A stretch of 64,000 bases of DNA, taken from an uncultured Gammaproteobacteria bacterium (GTDB lineage Bacteria; Pseudomonadota; Gammaproteobacteria; UBA9214). Both the position numbers and the translations under genes were made by a program. How positions within the stretch are numbered: position 1 is the first letter of the stretch; the number at the start of each line of letters is the position of its first letter. Below are positions 14,003 through 23,533 of this stretch, one piece after another. The stretch lies in the NCBI GenBank assembly GCA_963748215.1, contig CAVVHS010000006.1, positions 640,001 through 704,000 of the forward strand. Direction: 5' to 3'. The notes beneath the pieces are model-generated. The model did not search any database. It saw only the letters and a program-made list of their open reading frames with translations, and had not been told where the DNA came from.

Positions 14003-15105
14003 TAGTCGGCCGCGCTGGCAGGCACCGCCGGCGTGGTCGAGGTCACATCCGGGTTCTGCGCACGGTGCCTCAGGACATGGTCCATCAGCACAATGGCCAG
14101 CATGGCCTCCGCAATCGGCGTGGCGCGAATACCGACACAGGGGTCATGCCGCCCCGTGGTAACCACCTCGACCGGCCGGCCCTCGACATCGACCGTGCGA
14201 CCCGGGATGCGGATACTCGAGGTCGGCTTGAGGGCGATGCTGGCGAGGATGTCCTGGCCGCTGGAGATGCCACCCAGCACACCGCCGGCATGATTGGAGA
14301 GAAAGCCGTGCGGCGTGATTTCGTCACGGTGTGCGGTCCCTTTCTGCTCGACGCAGTCGAAACCGGCGCCGATTTCGACGCCCTTCACGGCATTGATGCT
14401 CATCATGGCGTGGGCGATATCGGCTTCCAGGCGATCGAAGATCGGCTCGCCCAGGCCGGCCGGGACCCCGCTCGCGACCACGTTGATCCGCGCGCCGATC
14501 GAGTTGCCCTCCTTGCGCAGGGCATCCATGTAGTCTTCCAGTTCACCGACCCGCGCGGGATCCGGCGCAAAGAACGGGTTCTGCCCGACCGCCTCCCAGT
14601 CCTTCAGTTCGAGGCGGATGGGCCCGAGCTGGGCCAGGTAGCCACGGATCCTGATGCCATAGCGCTCGCGCAGGTATTTTTTCGCGATCGACCCGGCCGC
14701 CACGCGCATCGCGGTTTCGCGCGCCGAGGAACGGCCGCCGCCGCGGTAATCGCGCAGGCCGTATTTCTGCTGGTAGGTATAGTCGGCATGGCCGGGCCGG
14801 AAGCGGTCCATGATGCCGGTATAGTCCTTGGACTTCTGGTCGGTATTGTGAATGAGCAGGCCGATCGGCGTGCCGGTGGTGCGGCCCTCGAACACGCCGG
14901 AGAGGATCTGCACGGCATCGGCCTCGCGACGCTGGGTGGTATGGCGGGACTTGCCCGGCTTGCGGCGGTCGAGGTCGGTCTGCAGGTCCGCCTCGGACAG
15001 CTCCAGCCCCGGCGGGCAGCCATCGACGATGCAGCCCAGCGCCGGTCCGTGACTTTCGCCAAACCCGGTTACGACAAACAGTTTTCCGAAGCTGTTACCA
15101 GACAT
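14002..15105 (-). CDS. aroC: chorismate synthase
   Basis: [27 protein letters not shown]. Confidence 0.98.
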   Translation of the reverse strand: MSGNSFGKLFVVTGFGESHGPALGCIVDGCPPGLELSEADLQTDLDRRKPGKSRHTTQRREADAVQILSGVFEGRTTGTPIGLLIHNTDQKSKDYTGIMDRFRPGHADYTYQQKYGLRDYRGGGRSSARETAMRVAAGSIAKKYLRERYGIRIRGYLAQLGPIRLELKDWEAVGQNPFFAPDPARVGELEDYMDALRKEGNSIGARINVVASGVPAGLGEPIFDRLEADIAHAMMSINAVKGVEIGAGFDCVEQKGTAHRDEITPHGFLSNHAGGVLGGISSGQDILASIALKPTSSIRIPGRTVDVEGRPVEVVTTGRHDPCVGIRATPIAEAMLAIVLMDHVLRHRAQNPDVTSTTPAVPASAAD

Positions 15106-15199
15106 CGCGATATTGTAGCGAGTCTTGTCGCGGGCGTCGCCACTTTCTTGTCCAGCGTGATATGCGCAGGCCTGCGGCCGACCCCAACAAGCGACGGGT

Positions 15200-15226
15200 T
15201 AAAGCCCTGTACGGCGCGACCGATAG
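15200..15226 (+). promoter_or_regulatory. putative sigma28 (FliA) promoter
   Basis: TAAA-N15-ACCGATAG versus consensus TAAA-N15-GCCGATAA, about 40 nt before the ORF at 15268. Confidence 0.6.
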
Positions 15227-15267
15227 GGTTTGTGTCCTTGCCTTTAATTGAACTTCAGGAGCACACC

Positions 15268-15468
15268 GTGGCACAACCGAACACACTCAGGGGCTCGCAG
15301 GTGGGCAACTATCTCGGCCAGCCGATCTTCGAAACCATCACCTCGCGGAACGGGACCTACATTTTCGACCGTATCGCGGAAAATATCGATGGCGAATTCC
15401 CGCTCGATCAGCTGAAAGAAGACGAGTTGCTGATCAGGCCGGGACTGATCTACCGTCCCGCACGCTGA
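15268..15468 (+). CDS. small hypothetical protein (66 aa)
   Basis: AGGAG RBS then GTG; MAQPNTLRGSQVGNYLGQPIFETI...LIRPGLIYRPAR; globular-looking sequence filling the intergenic gap. Confidence 0.75.
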   Translation: MAQPNTLRGSQVGNYLGQPIFETITSRNGTYIFDRIAENIDGEFPLDQLKEDELLIRPGLIYRPAR

Positions 15469-15470
15469 CT

Positions 15471-15788
15471 TCAGTCCGCACTGACATCCAGGCCCTCCCG
15501 GTGGGTCTGGTTGATCGTGTACAGCAGGCGGATGCACGGCAGTTCCTTGTCCGTGTATTTCTTCACCACGCGCATGAATGGCAGGTCGTGCCGGCCGAAC
15601 TGGTAACTGCCGTCCGCCATTGCTGCGCGCATACCGCGCAACTCCTTCAGCAACACCTCGACGTAACCGAGATGGTGCTCGACCTCGTCGATGTCGAAGC
15701 CCGCCGCTTCCAGAATATCCTCGAGCTCGAGGATCGCCTGCCTGACCAGCGCGGCATACGCCTGCGCTGTACCGGGTCGTGTGCTCAT
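15471..15788 (-). CDS. conserved hypothetical helical protein
   Basis: GAGG RBS, MSTRPG start directly after prmB; amphipathic helices, DGSYQF..DLPFM. Confidence 0.7.
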   Translation of the reverse strand: MSTRPGTAQAYAALVRQAILELEDILEAAGFDIDEVEHHLGYVEVLLKELRGMRAAMADGSYQFGRHDLPFMRVVKKYTDKELPCIRLLYTINQTHREGLDVSAD

Positions 15789-15801
15789 GATGTTCTCTTC
15801 C

Positions 15802-16779
15802 TCACTGTTTGTCCCGGTCACTCCCGCGCCCGGCGACTGCCTGATCGAATACCGTCCGGTAGTGTTCCAGCTGCTTGCGCTCCAGCAGAAATACCCCCTC
15901 ACCGCCAAAGGCGAAATCCAGCCACATGAACGGAACATCCGGGAACCGCGCCGCCAGGATGTCCTGGGTATTGCCGACCTCGACGACCAGGATGCCAGTC
16001 GTCGTCAGGTGAGACACCGCGTCGCGCAGGATACGTACTACGATATCAAGCCCGTCGTCCCCGGCCACCAGTCCGAGTGCCGGCTCGTGAAGAAATTCCG
16101 CGGCCAGTCCCTGCATCTCACCGCGCGGCACGTAGGGCGGGTTGGAGACTATGATGTCATAGTGCCGGCCATCAAGGGCCGAGAACACATCGGACCGCAG
16201 CACATCGATACGCCGCCCCAGGTCATGCCGATCGACATTGCATCGCGCCACCGCCAGCGCATCGATTGACAGGTCGGTCAGGGTAACGTGCGCCTGTGGA
16301 AAATAATGCGCGCAGGCAATGCCGATACAACCGCTGCCGGTGCACAGGTCCAGGATCTGCCCCACCCCGGCCGGATCCACCCAGGGCGTGAACTGCGCCT
16401 CGATCAGCTCGGCGAGCGGCGAGCGTGGCACCAGCACCCGTTCATCGACATGGAACGGCAGCCCGGCGAACCAGGCCTCTCCGGTGAGGTAGGCCGCCGG
16501 CTTGCGGCTCGCGACGCGCTGTTCCAGCAGGTCGATGGCCCGGGTCCGCTCGCCAGTGCCCAGCTCGCGATCGAGCACGTCATCGGGCTGCTCGTAGCCT
16601 ATCTGTAGCGCATACAGCACCAGGCACGCGGCCTCGTCCAGTGCATTGTCGGTGCCGTGATAAAAACCGAGGTCCGACGCCTCGAAATAAGCGGCGCCGC
16701 GCTGAATAAGATCACGCGCGGTCTGTGCGGTATTCAGGGCGTTGTGGCTGACGGATACGCGAAAATCGGCTGCTGTCAT
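15802..16779 (-). CDS. prmB: ribosomal protein L3 glutamine methyltransferase
   Basis: HGTDNALDEA, VDERVLVPRSP, DLCTGSGCI, NPPY; prmB-aroC synteny. Confidence 0.95.
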   Translation of the reverse strand: MTAADFRVSVSHNALNTAQTARDLIQRGAAYFEASDLGFYHGTDNALDEAACLVLYALQIGYEQPDDVLDRELGTGERTRAIDLLEQRVASRKPAAYLTGEAWFAGLPFHVDERVLVPRSPLAELIEAQFTPWVDPAGVGQILDLCTGSGCIGIACAHYFPQAHVTLTDLSIDALAVARCNVDRHDLGRRIDVLRSDVFSALDGRHYDIIVSNPPYVPRGEMQGLAAEFLHEPALGLVAGDDGLDIVVRILRDAVSHLTTTGILVVEVGNTQDILAARFPDVPFMWLDFAFGGEGVFLLERKQLEHYRTVFDQAVAGRGSDRDKQ

Positions 16780-16817
16780 GATGTATCGCTGCTGGCTATG
16801 TGGAATAATCGCGGCCC

Positions 16818-17456
16818 ATGAACAACTTCAGCAATCCGGGCCGCATCCTGATGGCGGTGATTATAGCCGCAATTGCCGTTGGCGCCGGCATCTGGGCGGC
16901 ACGCGTCTTGCTCGAGCCAGCGGCGCAGGTCGGCACCCTGTCAGCGACCCGCTTTCCGGTCGCGCGCCCCTTGCAGGCGTTTAAGCTGGTCGATCATAAC
17001 GGCCAGCGCTTCGACAACCAGGCCCTGCAGGGGCACTGGACGTTCCTGTTCTTCGGCTACACCCATTGCCCGGATGTCTGCCCGACCACCCTGTCGGTGC
17101 TCAACACGGTCGCGCACCGGCTGGCCGACAGCGGCGCCAGCGCGCGTTTCGCCTTTATCACGGTCGACCCGCAACGCGACACACCGGAACAACTGGCCCG
17201 CTTCGTTACCTATTTCAATGGCGATTTCATCGGCGTCACCGGCGAGCCGGGCGCCATCGAGCAACTCACCAAACAGCTCGGCGTGCTGTTCATGCAGGTC
17301 AGTAGCGACCCCGACCCGGACAGCTACCTGGTCGATCATACCGCCAGCGTGTTCCTGATCGACCCGGACGGACGCTACCAGGCGGTATTCACGCCACCAC
17401 TGGACGCCGCTGCCATCAGCGCTGATTTCAACACCATGCTCAAGGCCTACCCGTGA
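16818..17456 (+). CDS. SCO1/SenC family copper chaperone
   Basis: N-terminal TM, FGYTHCPDVCP (CxxxC), Y.VDH. Confidence 0.93.
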   Translation: MNNFSNPGRILMAVIIAAIAVGAGIWAARVLLEPAAQVGTLSATRFPVARPLQAFKLVDHNGQRFDNQALQGHWTFLFFGYTHCPDVCPTTLSVLNTVAHRLADSGASARFAFITVDPQRDTPEQLARFVTYFNGDFIGVTGEPGAIEQLTKQLGVLFMQVSSDPDPDSYLVDHTASVFLIDPDGRYQAVFTPPLDAAAISADFNTMLKAYP

Positions 17457-17920
17457 ACGCAATCCGCCCCGCGCGAGAGCTTGCCAGACTCGTATTGTGC
17501 TGGTGTCTGGCCGGCATGGCACATGCCGATACCACCTTGCAGGTAGCCGATCCCTGGATCCGGGAAGCACCGCCCGCGGCCAGCGTGCATGCGGGCTACA
17601 TGACCCTCGTGAATACCGGCACCGAGGCCATACTGATCGATTCGGTCAGCAGTCCGGACTTCGAGGGCGCGGAAATCCACCGCAGCTGGGTCGAGGAGGG
17701 TGTCGCGCGCATGCAGCCGGTGCGGCAGCTCGAGGTGCCGGCAACCGCGACGCTGGCACTGGAGCCCGGCAGTTATCACCTGATGCTGTTCGACGCCCGG
17801 CGTGCATTGCAGGAAGGTGACAGCGCCACCCTGTTGCTGCACCTGGCCGATGGCACCTGCATCCGCGTGACCGCCCCGGTCAGGCGCAGCACAGGCAGTG
17901 AACATCATCATCACCACTAG
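17453..17920 (+). CDS. PCu(A)C copper chaperone
   Basis: Signal peptide, WIRE..P, EIH...M...PGSYHLML, C-terminal His5; overlaps sco stop (GTGA). Confidence 0.9.
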   Translation: MNAIRPARELARLVLCWCLAGMAHADTTLQVADPWIREAPPAASVHAGYMTLVNTGTEAILIDSVSSPDFEGAEIHRSWVEEGVARMQPVRQLEVPATATLALEPGSYHLMLFDARRALQEGDSATLLLHLADGTCIRVTAPVRRSTGSEHHHHH

Positions 17921-17935
17921 CCGGAGTTTCGCTGC

Positions 17936-18823
17936 ATGACTGACCGCAAGGCCAGCCTGCCGGACAAGCTCAAGTCCTGGCCGCTGGCACTGCTACCCCA
18001 CCAGCTGCTGTCGCACGCGGTTCGCCGTGCCACGCGCTGGCGCACGCCGTGGTGGAAAAACCTGCTGATCCGCACTTTTATCCGCCACTTCCATGTTGAC
18101 ATGAGTGAGGCGGAACAGCCGGATCCCGGCGCCTATGCAGACTTCAACAGCTTTTTCACGCGTGCCCTGCGCCCCGGCGTGCGTTCGCAGCCGGACGATA
18201 TGGCCGCCATCGCCTGCCCGGTTGACGGTCGGGTCAGCCAGGCCGGCGCGATCACGGGTGACCGGGTACTGCAGGCCAAGGGACATGACTACTCGCTGAC
18301 GGCCCTGCTCGGCGGCGATCCGGCCCGCGCCGCAGCGTTTGCCGAGGGTCAGTTCGCCACGCTTTATCTCTCGCCGCGGGACTACCACCGCATTCACATG
18401 CCCTGCTCCGGCACGCTGCTCTCGACCACCTACGTGCCGGGGCGCCTGTACAGCGTGGCGCCACATACCACGCGTGCCATCCCCGGGCTGTTTGCACGCA
18501 ACGAACGCCTGGTCGCACTGTACGACACGCCCACCGGCCCGATGGCCATGGTGCTGGTCGGGGCGATCTTCGTGTCCTGCATGGAAACCGTGTGGGGTGG
18601 TATCGTCAACCCGCGGCACGGCATGGCGATGCAAACCACGCATTTCGATGCACCCGGCAGCACGCCGGTCAGGCTCGGGCGCGGCGCCGAAATGGGGCGT
18701 TTCAACATGGGTTCCACCGTGATCCTGGTCTACGGCCCGGGACAGGTGGCCTGGGCGGAGTCCCTGTCGCCCGGACAGGCCGTCCGGACAGGCCAGGTTA
18801 TCGGTCACGGCCTGCCCGGATAA
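17936..18823 (+). CDS. psd: phosphatidylserine decarboxylase proenzyme
   Basis: FNSFFTR, PVDG, YLSPRDYHRIHMP, FNMGSTVI cleavage motif. Confidence 0.95.
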   Translation: MTDRKASLPDKLKSWPLALLPHQLLSHAVRRATRWRTPWWKNLLIRTFIRHFHVDMSEAEQPDPGAYADFNSFFTRALRPGVRSQPDDMAAIACPVDGRVSQAGAITGDRVLQAKGHDYSLTALLGGDPARAAAFAEGQFATLYLSPRDYHRIHMPCSGTLLSTTYVPGRLYSVAPHTTRAIPGLFARNERLVALYDTPTGPMAMVLVGAIFVSCMETVWGGIVNPRHGMAMQTTHFDAPGSTPVRLGRGAEMGRFNMGSTVILVYGPGQVAWAESLSPGQAVRTGQVIGHGLPG

Positions 18824-18834
18824 CATCACTTCCT

Positions 18835-18861
18835 GTTAACCAAATCCGCGGTTCCGCGTTA
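18835..18861 (+). promoter_or_regulatory. putative ECF sigma promoter
   Basis: GTTAAC-N16-CGTTA (AAC/CGT ECF pattern) upstream of the gene cluster containing an ECF sigma. Confidence 0.45.
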
Positions 18862-18896
18862 GCTGTCATTGAGACAACCAACACAGGAGCTGCATC

Positions 18897-19247
18897 ATGA
18901 AAATCCGGTCACTCATCAGTTCGACTCTGCTGGCCGCCAGTCTGGGCCTTGGCATCAATGCCCCGGCACAGGCGGATCACGGTAAATTCTCGCAACGGTT
19001 GCATGATCGGCATGATTCATGCCCGATATATTCCCGCAACCGGCACGACGGCAAGCATAATCAACACAGGTATCTGAAAACCAACTGGAGGTTGCATAGC
19101 TGGCGCCATCACGACAACGACGGCCACGACCGGCGCCATGATGGCCGGGGTCGCGATTATGACAGGCACCATGACGACCGGTACCGTGCTGACCGGGGTC
19201 GCGATTATGACAGACACGATGACCATGACAGGCAGCGCCGTCACTGA
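18897..19247 (+). CDS. exported His/Asp/Arg-rich small protein
   Basis: AGGAG RBS, signal peptide (AQA), repeated RGRDYDRH. Confidence 0.75.
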   Translation: MKIRSLISSTLLAASLGLGINAPAQADHGKFSQRLHDRHDSCPIYSRNRHDGKHNQHRYLKTNWRLHSWRHHDNDGHDRRHDGRGRDYDRHHDDRYRADRGRDYDRHDDHDRQRRH

Positions 19248-19401
19248 GACTCGCACCCGTCGTGCTTCGGGTATACTCGATGCCAAACGCGGCCATACGT
19301 CGATGCAGGGACGCATTGGCGGACCGGCCGTTACCTGGCCGGTGCTGACGCGCACCTACAGTCTGCACGAAACCGGCAGACCCACCACCCCGGGGACAGC
19401 C

Positions 19402-20004
19402 TTGGACAGATCGGCCAATAATAACCAGGCACTGGAGACATTCTTTGTCGAGCAGGAGGACAAGGCATTCTATGTTGCCTACGCGGCGCTCTGGGACAGG
19501 GAAGCGGCCATGGATGCCGTCCAGGACAGCATGCTGCGCCTGGTCCAGTATTACCGGCACAAGCCGGCAGAGGAATGGCCGGCCCTGTTTCGCACCATCC
19601 TCAACAGCCGGATCAACGATGTGCGTCGCAAGCGGCTGCTCGAGCAGGGCAAACACAAGCTGGTATCACTGACCGGCCTGTTTCGCGGCAAACGCGAGGA
19701 TGAGCACGACAACACTGAATTCGAGTTACCGGCGCAGGAACGCGATGACGGGGTTAGCGCCCCGGAGGTCGAATACATCGCGCAGGAACTCAGGCAGCAG
19801 ATCGCGCAGGCCCTGCAAGCCTTGTCAGAAAGACAGCGCCAGGTCTTCATTCTGCGCGAATGGCGTGGTATGAGTATTAACGAAACGGCCACGACGCTGG
19901 GCTGCTCGGAAAACACCATCAAGCAGCACCACTTTCGGGCCATGCGTGAACTGCGCAAACAACTGGCGGAGGTATGGGATTATGCACAGCCAACAACATC
20001 CTGA
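19402..20004 (+). CDS. ECF RNA polymerase sigma factor
   Basis: DAVQDSMLRL region 2 and LSERQRQVFILRE..GMSINETA..LGCSENTIK region 4; start (TTG) uncertain. Confidence 0.9.
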   Translation: MDRSANNNQALETFFVEQEDKAFYVAYAALWDREAAMDAVQDSMLRLVQYYRHKPAEEWPALFRTILNSRINDVRRKRLLEQGKHKLVSLTGLFRGKREDEHDNTEFELPAQERDDGVSAPEVEYIAQELRQQIAQALQALSERQRQVFILREWRGMSINETATTLGCSENTIKQHHFRAMRELRKQLAEVWDYAQPTTS

Positions 20005-20455
20005 CCGGGAACAACTGGATCGCCTGCGTGCCGGCCTGCTGGATGATTCGCCACAGGACAAGGCCCTGCTGGAAGCACATCTCGCAGCGTGTGACACCTG
20101 CCAGGCCCAATTCGGCAGCTGGGAACAGCTCGGGCCCGGCTCACTGGGCCCGGACCTCGAACCGGCCGCGCTCGGACGTGACCTGCGTGCGGCCAGGATG
20201 CTCGCCCTGGACAGCGGCACGCCGCGCCAGCGCCATGCCTTCGCACCCTACGCGACGGCCGCCCTGCTGCTGATCGCCGTCACGGTCGGGATCTGGACAG
20301 GCCAGCACTGGCTGCAGCCACAACAGCCACAGCTAACCGCCCAGGCGCCGCATGAAGTGCCCGATATCTACGAGGACCTGGACTTCTATCTCTGGCTGGC
20401 GGGCCAGCATGACTCCGAATCCGAGACACACAGTGACAACCCGAACAACACCTGA
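19982..20455 (+). CDS. zinc-binding anti-sigma factor (ZAS) with TM helix
   Basis: HLAACDTC (HxxxCxxC), TM segment, EDLDFYLWL. Confidence 0.85.
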   Translation: MHSQQHPDREQLDRLRAGLLDDSPQDKALLEAHLAACDTCQAQFGSWEQLGPGSLGPDLEPAALGRDLRAARMLALDSGTPRQRHAFAPYATAALLLIAVTVGIWTGQHWLQPQQPQLTAQAPHEVPDIYEDLDFYLWLAGQHDSESETHSDNPNNT

Positions 20456-20456
20456 C

Positions 20457-20780
20457 ATGAAAGCACGCAACATCATCAGCGCCGCAATCCTCGCCGTGTA
20501 TCTCGCCGGCGGGATGCAACCCGTACACGCCGACAACGACATTCCCTGGAACAGCCTGAGTCGGAGCGAACAATCCCTGCTCATGAAACACCAGGGTGGA
20601 TGGACGAGCCTGAGCGGCAAGGAACAGCGCCGGCTGGTAAGTGGTGCAAGAAAGTACCTGGAGTTGCCGCCCGACCAGCGCAAGGCGGTCGAGGACAAGC
20701 GCAACCAGTACAAACGCATGTCCCCTGAAGAGCGGGAGCAACTGCGCGACAGATACAGCAAGCAGAAGAAATACCGCTAG
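20457..20780 (+). CDS. DUF3106-like periplasmic helical-repeat protein
   Basis: Signal peptide; W.SLS..EQ and LPP.QR / MSPEER repeats; usual third gene of such ECF clusters. Confidence 0.75.
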   Translation: MKARNIISAAILAVYLAGGMQPVHADNDIPWNSLSRSEQSLLMKHQGGWTSLSGKEQRRLVSGARKYLELPPDQRKAVEDKRNQYKRMSPEEREQLRDRYSKQKKYR

Positions 20781-21275
20781 CCCGCATTTCTCACCGGGAT
20801 CCCGGAAGCTGGCGCACGACTGAAAGGACGCAGGAGGTAGAGCAACGCAGGGAGCAGTTGCCGAGGGCTCGTGTGACCGGGCGCCGCTCTGGAATGAAGG
20901 ACCCGCTCGAGGCGCAGAGCAGGGGCCCCGGCGTAGCCGGGGATGCGACCGCCGGTGGGCGGAAGATCGCTTCGAACACCACCGCGGGTCTTCGCTCCAC
21001 CGGGGGTCAGATCCCCACCGCTGCGCGGCGGGGCCCCTCTTCCGCCCCTCGAAGCGATGCAGCCGTAGCAACCACTTGAATGAAGAGGCCGCTCCCGGCT
21101 TCCTGCCTCCCGCGGCACTTGCACTTCCCTGTACATCGCAAGTACGGGTGCACGAGAACCAGTCAGGGCCGGGATAGGCGCCGCCCGATGACACACTGTT
21201 TGTTACTGAATGGGCATCACTTTCATGATGTAAATTCAGTATGTCCGTCAACAGCCGCCCGGTGAGAAATGCGGG
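20781..21275. mobile_element. MITE (18-bp TIR CCCGCATTTCTCACCGGG, CTAG flanks) carrying a 368-bp nested insertion
   Basis: Perfect TIRs, CTAG at 20777-80 and 21276-79; homologous to the 119-bp copy at 30587-30705; insert 20801-21168 flanked by duplicated CCGGGAT. Confidence 0.85.
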
Positions 21276-21384
21276 CTAGGCCCGGCAGCGCCCGCACCGG
21301 GGACCGGGCCGGCGATACCGCGGGCCGACCATCTCTGGTATGCTTCGCTGCCATTTTCACGGGCACGCAGGCGACGCCATCATC

Positions 21385-22206
21385 ATGCAACCCATGCTCA
21401 ACATCGCGGTTCGCGCCGCACGCAATGCAGGCAATATCATCGTCAGGAGCCTGGACCGTCTCGACAGCCTTGCCATACATACCAAGGACCGCAACGATTT
21501 CGTGACCGAGATCGACCAGCATGCGGAACGCGAAATCATCGGCACCCTGCGCAAGGCCTTTCCCCGACACAGCATCCTGGCCGAGGAAAGCGGTACGCAC
21601 GACGGTGACGAATACCAGTGGATCATCGACCCGCTCGACGGGACGACCAATTTCCTGCACGGATTCCCTCATTTCGCCGTCTCGATCGCCCTCCGCCACC
21701 GCGGCAGGCTGGAGCAGGCGGTGATCTACAATCCACTGAGCCAGGAACTGTTCACGGCCTCGCGCGGAGCAGGCGCACAGCTCAATGACCGGCGGATTCG
21801 CGTCAGTTCCCGCAAAAGCCTGGACGGTGCCCTGCTGGGTACCGGCTTCCCCTTCAAGACCCAGCAGTATCTCGACCCCTACCTCGATATGTTCCGTGCC
21901 CTGTTTCCGGAAACTGCCGGCATTCGACGTGCCGGCTCGGCGGCACTCGACCTGGCATTTGTTGCCGCCGGCAGGCTCGACGGTTTCTGGGAGATCGGCC
22001 TGAATATCTGGGACATGGCGGCCGGTGTCCTGCTGATCCAGGAAGCCGGCGGGCTGTGCAGCGATTTTGTCGCCGGTCACGACTACCTGGAGAACGGCAA
22101 TCTGGTAGTTGGCAATCCGAAAGTGTTCGCCGAAATCCTCAAGGCCATCCGGCCGCACGTAACGCCCGAACTCGCCGCCCGTCACCTGCCCCTGCACCCG
22201 ACCTGA
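21385..22206 (+). CDS. suhB: inositol monophosphatase SuhB
   Basis: MQPMLNIAVRAAR, WIIDPLDGTTNF, GSAALDL, WDMAAG. Confidence 0.96.
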   Translation: MQPMLNIAVRAARNAGNIIVRSLDRLDSLAIHTKDRNDFVTEIDQHAEREIIGTLRKAFPRHSILAEESGTHDGDEYQWIIDPLDGTTNFLHGFPHFAVSIALRHRGRLEQAVIYNPLSQELFTASRGAGAQLNDRRIRVSSRKSLDGALLGTGFPFKTQQYLDPYLDMFRALFPETAGIRRAGSAALDLAFVAAGRLDGFWEIGLNIWDMAAGVLLIQEAGGLCSDFVAGHDYLENGNLVVGNPKVFAEILKAIRPHVTPELAARHLPLHPT

Positions 22207-22236
22207 CGCAGGTCACGCTGCCTGCAGCCGTCCTAC

Positions 22237-22263
22237 TCAAGCACCACATGCCGGTGCCGATGC
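22237..22263 (+). promoter_or_regulatory. putative sigma28 promoter
   Basis: TCAAG-N14-GCCGATG, matching the Pseudomonas-type FliA consensus TCAAG-N14-GCCGATA. Confidence 0.55.
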
Positions 22264-22328
22264 CTTCAGGAAGGGGCCGATGTTGTGGCTGAACCTGAAG
22301 CGGTATCGGACCGAGCGAGGAACCCGGC

Positions 22329-22550
22329 ATGCAGAACAGACAACAGGACAGAAGAATCAACGGCGCGGCACTGGAAATGATCATGCAGGATGTGCTGAGG
22401 GGCATGCAGGACTTTACCCGCGACGCCTGTTGCGGATGTCCTGCGACAAGCCTGGAAATTCTCGGTGTGGAGGACGCTGGCAATGCAGCGGTCCGGACCG
22501 CACAGGTGCTGCCGTTCCCGGCAGCACGCGGCAATATCTCCGGGGACTGA
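22329..22550 (+). CDS. small hypothetical protein (73 aa)
   Basis: GAGG RBS, upstream sigma28-like promoter, fills the suhB-secF gap; QDRR and VLPFP motifs. Confidence 0.55.
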   Translation: MQNRQQDRRINGAALEMIMQDVLRGMQDFTRDACCGCPATSLEILGVEDAGNAAVRTAQVLPFPAARGNISGD

Positions 22551-22575
22551 ACCGCTTACCCGGCTGCCTGCCCGA

Positions 22576-23514
22576 TCAGGGTTCCGCTCCGGTACTGCCC
22601 TCCTCCTGCGGCTTGCTGACCATCAGGTCCGCCTTGCTCACACCCAGCGCCAGGGCGATCGCGCTTGCCACGTATACCGACGAATAGGTGCCGACCAGGA
22701 TGCCCAGGATCAGCGCCAGGGAGAAATTATGGATCGTTTCTCCGCCAAAATAGTACAGCGCCACCAGCACCAGCAACGTCGTCAGGCCCGTCATGATAGT
22801 GCGCGACATGGTCTGGTTGATGGCGGTATTTATGATATCGTATGAGCTGGCCTTGCGGATGCGGCGGAAATTCTCTCGAATACGGTCATAGACCACGATG
22901 GTGTCATTGAGCGAATAACCGATCACCGCCAGTATGGCCGCCAGGACCGTCAGGTCGAATTCGTACTGTAAGAACGAGAAGATCCCCAGAATAATAACCA
23001 CGTCGTGCGCGGTGGCTATGATGGCCCCCGGGGCAAAACGCCACTGGAAGCGCACGATAATATAGATAAAGATGCCGATCAGGGCATAGAGCATCGCCAG
23101 GCCGCCCTGCTCTGCCAGTTCCTTGCCGACCTGCGGACCGACGAATTCCACGCGGCGCATTTCGACGGCCGGGTTCTGTACCCGCAGGGCCTGCATGGCG
23201 GTCTCACTGAGTTGCGCGCTTTCCTTGCCGGGTTCCGGGGCGAGCCGGATCAGCACATCGGTGGAGGTACCGAAATGCTGCGCCTCGGCCTGCGGGAATC
23301 CGCCTTCGGCCAGCGTTGTGCGTATATCCTCGAGCACCACCGCTTCCGGATAACTGACCTCGAGCAGGGTGCCACCGGTGAAGTCGATACCGAAGTTCAG
23401 CCCGCGCGTGGCCAGCGACCAGACCGTCAGCAGCACCAGCAGGATGGATGTCGCGCCAACGATATAGCGTATCTTCAGGAAATCGACGTGATAGGTTTTC
23501 TTGAACATTTCCAT
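22576..23514 (-). CDS. secF: protein translocase subunit SecF
   Basis: GIDFTGG, VGPQVGKEL, GYSLNDTIVVYDRIRE, GTYSS. Confidence 0.97.
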   Translation of the reverse strand: MEMFKKTYHVDFLKIRYIVGATSILLVLLTVWSLATRGLNFGIDFTGGTLLEVSYPEAVVLEDIRTTLAEGGFPQAEAQHFGTSTDVLIRLAPEPGKESAQLSETAMQALRVQNPAVEMRRVEFVGPQVGKELAEQGGLAMLYALIGIFIYIIVRFQWRFAPGAIIATAHDVVIILGIFSFLQYEFDLTVLAAILAVIGYSLNDTIVVYDRIRENFRRIRKASSYDIINTAINQTMSRTIMTGLTTLLVLVALYYFGGETIHNFSLALILGILVGTYSSVYVASAIALALGVSKADLMVSKPQEEGSTGAEP

Positions 23515-23533
23515 GATGGTCGTCCTCGCGCCG

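Noticed and set aside
13900-15468. 522-aa plus-strand ORF
   Set aside because: Antisense shadow of aroC; only the last 66 codons have an RBS and look like a real gene
19138-19401. Long repetitive N-terminus of the ECF sigma
   Set aside because: Alternative-frame read of the upstream His-rich gene and spacer; the sigma domain starts near 19402
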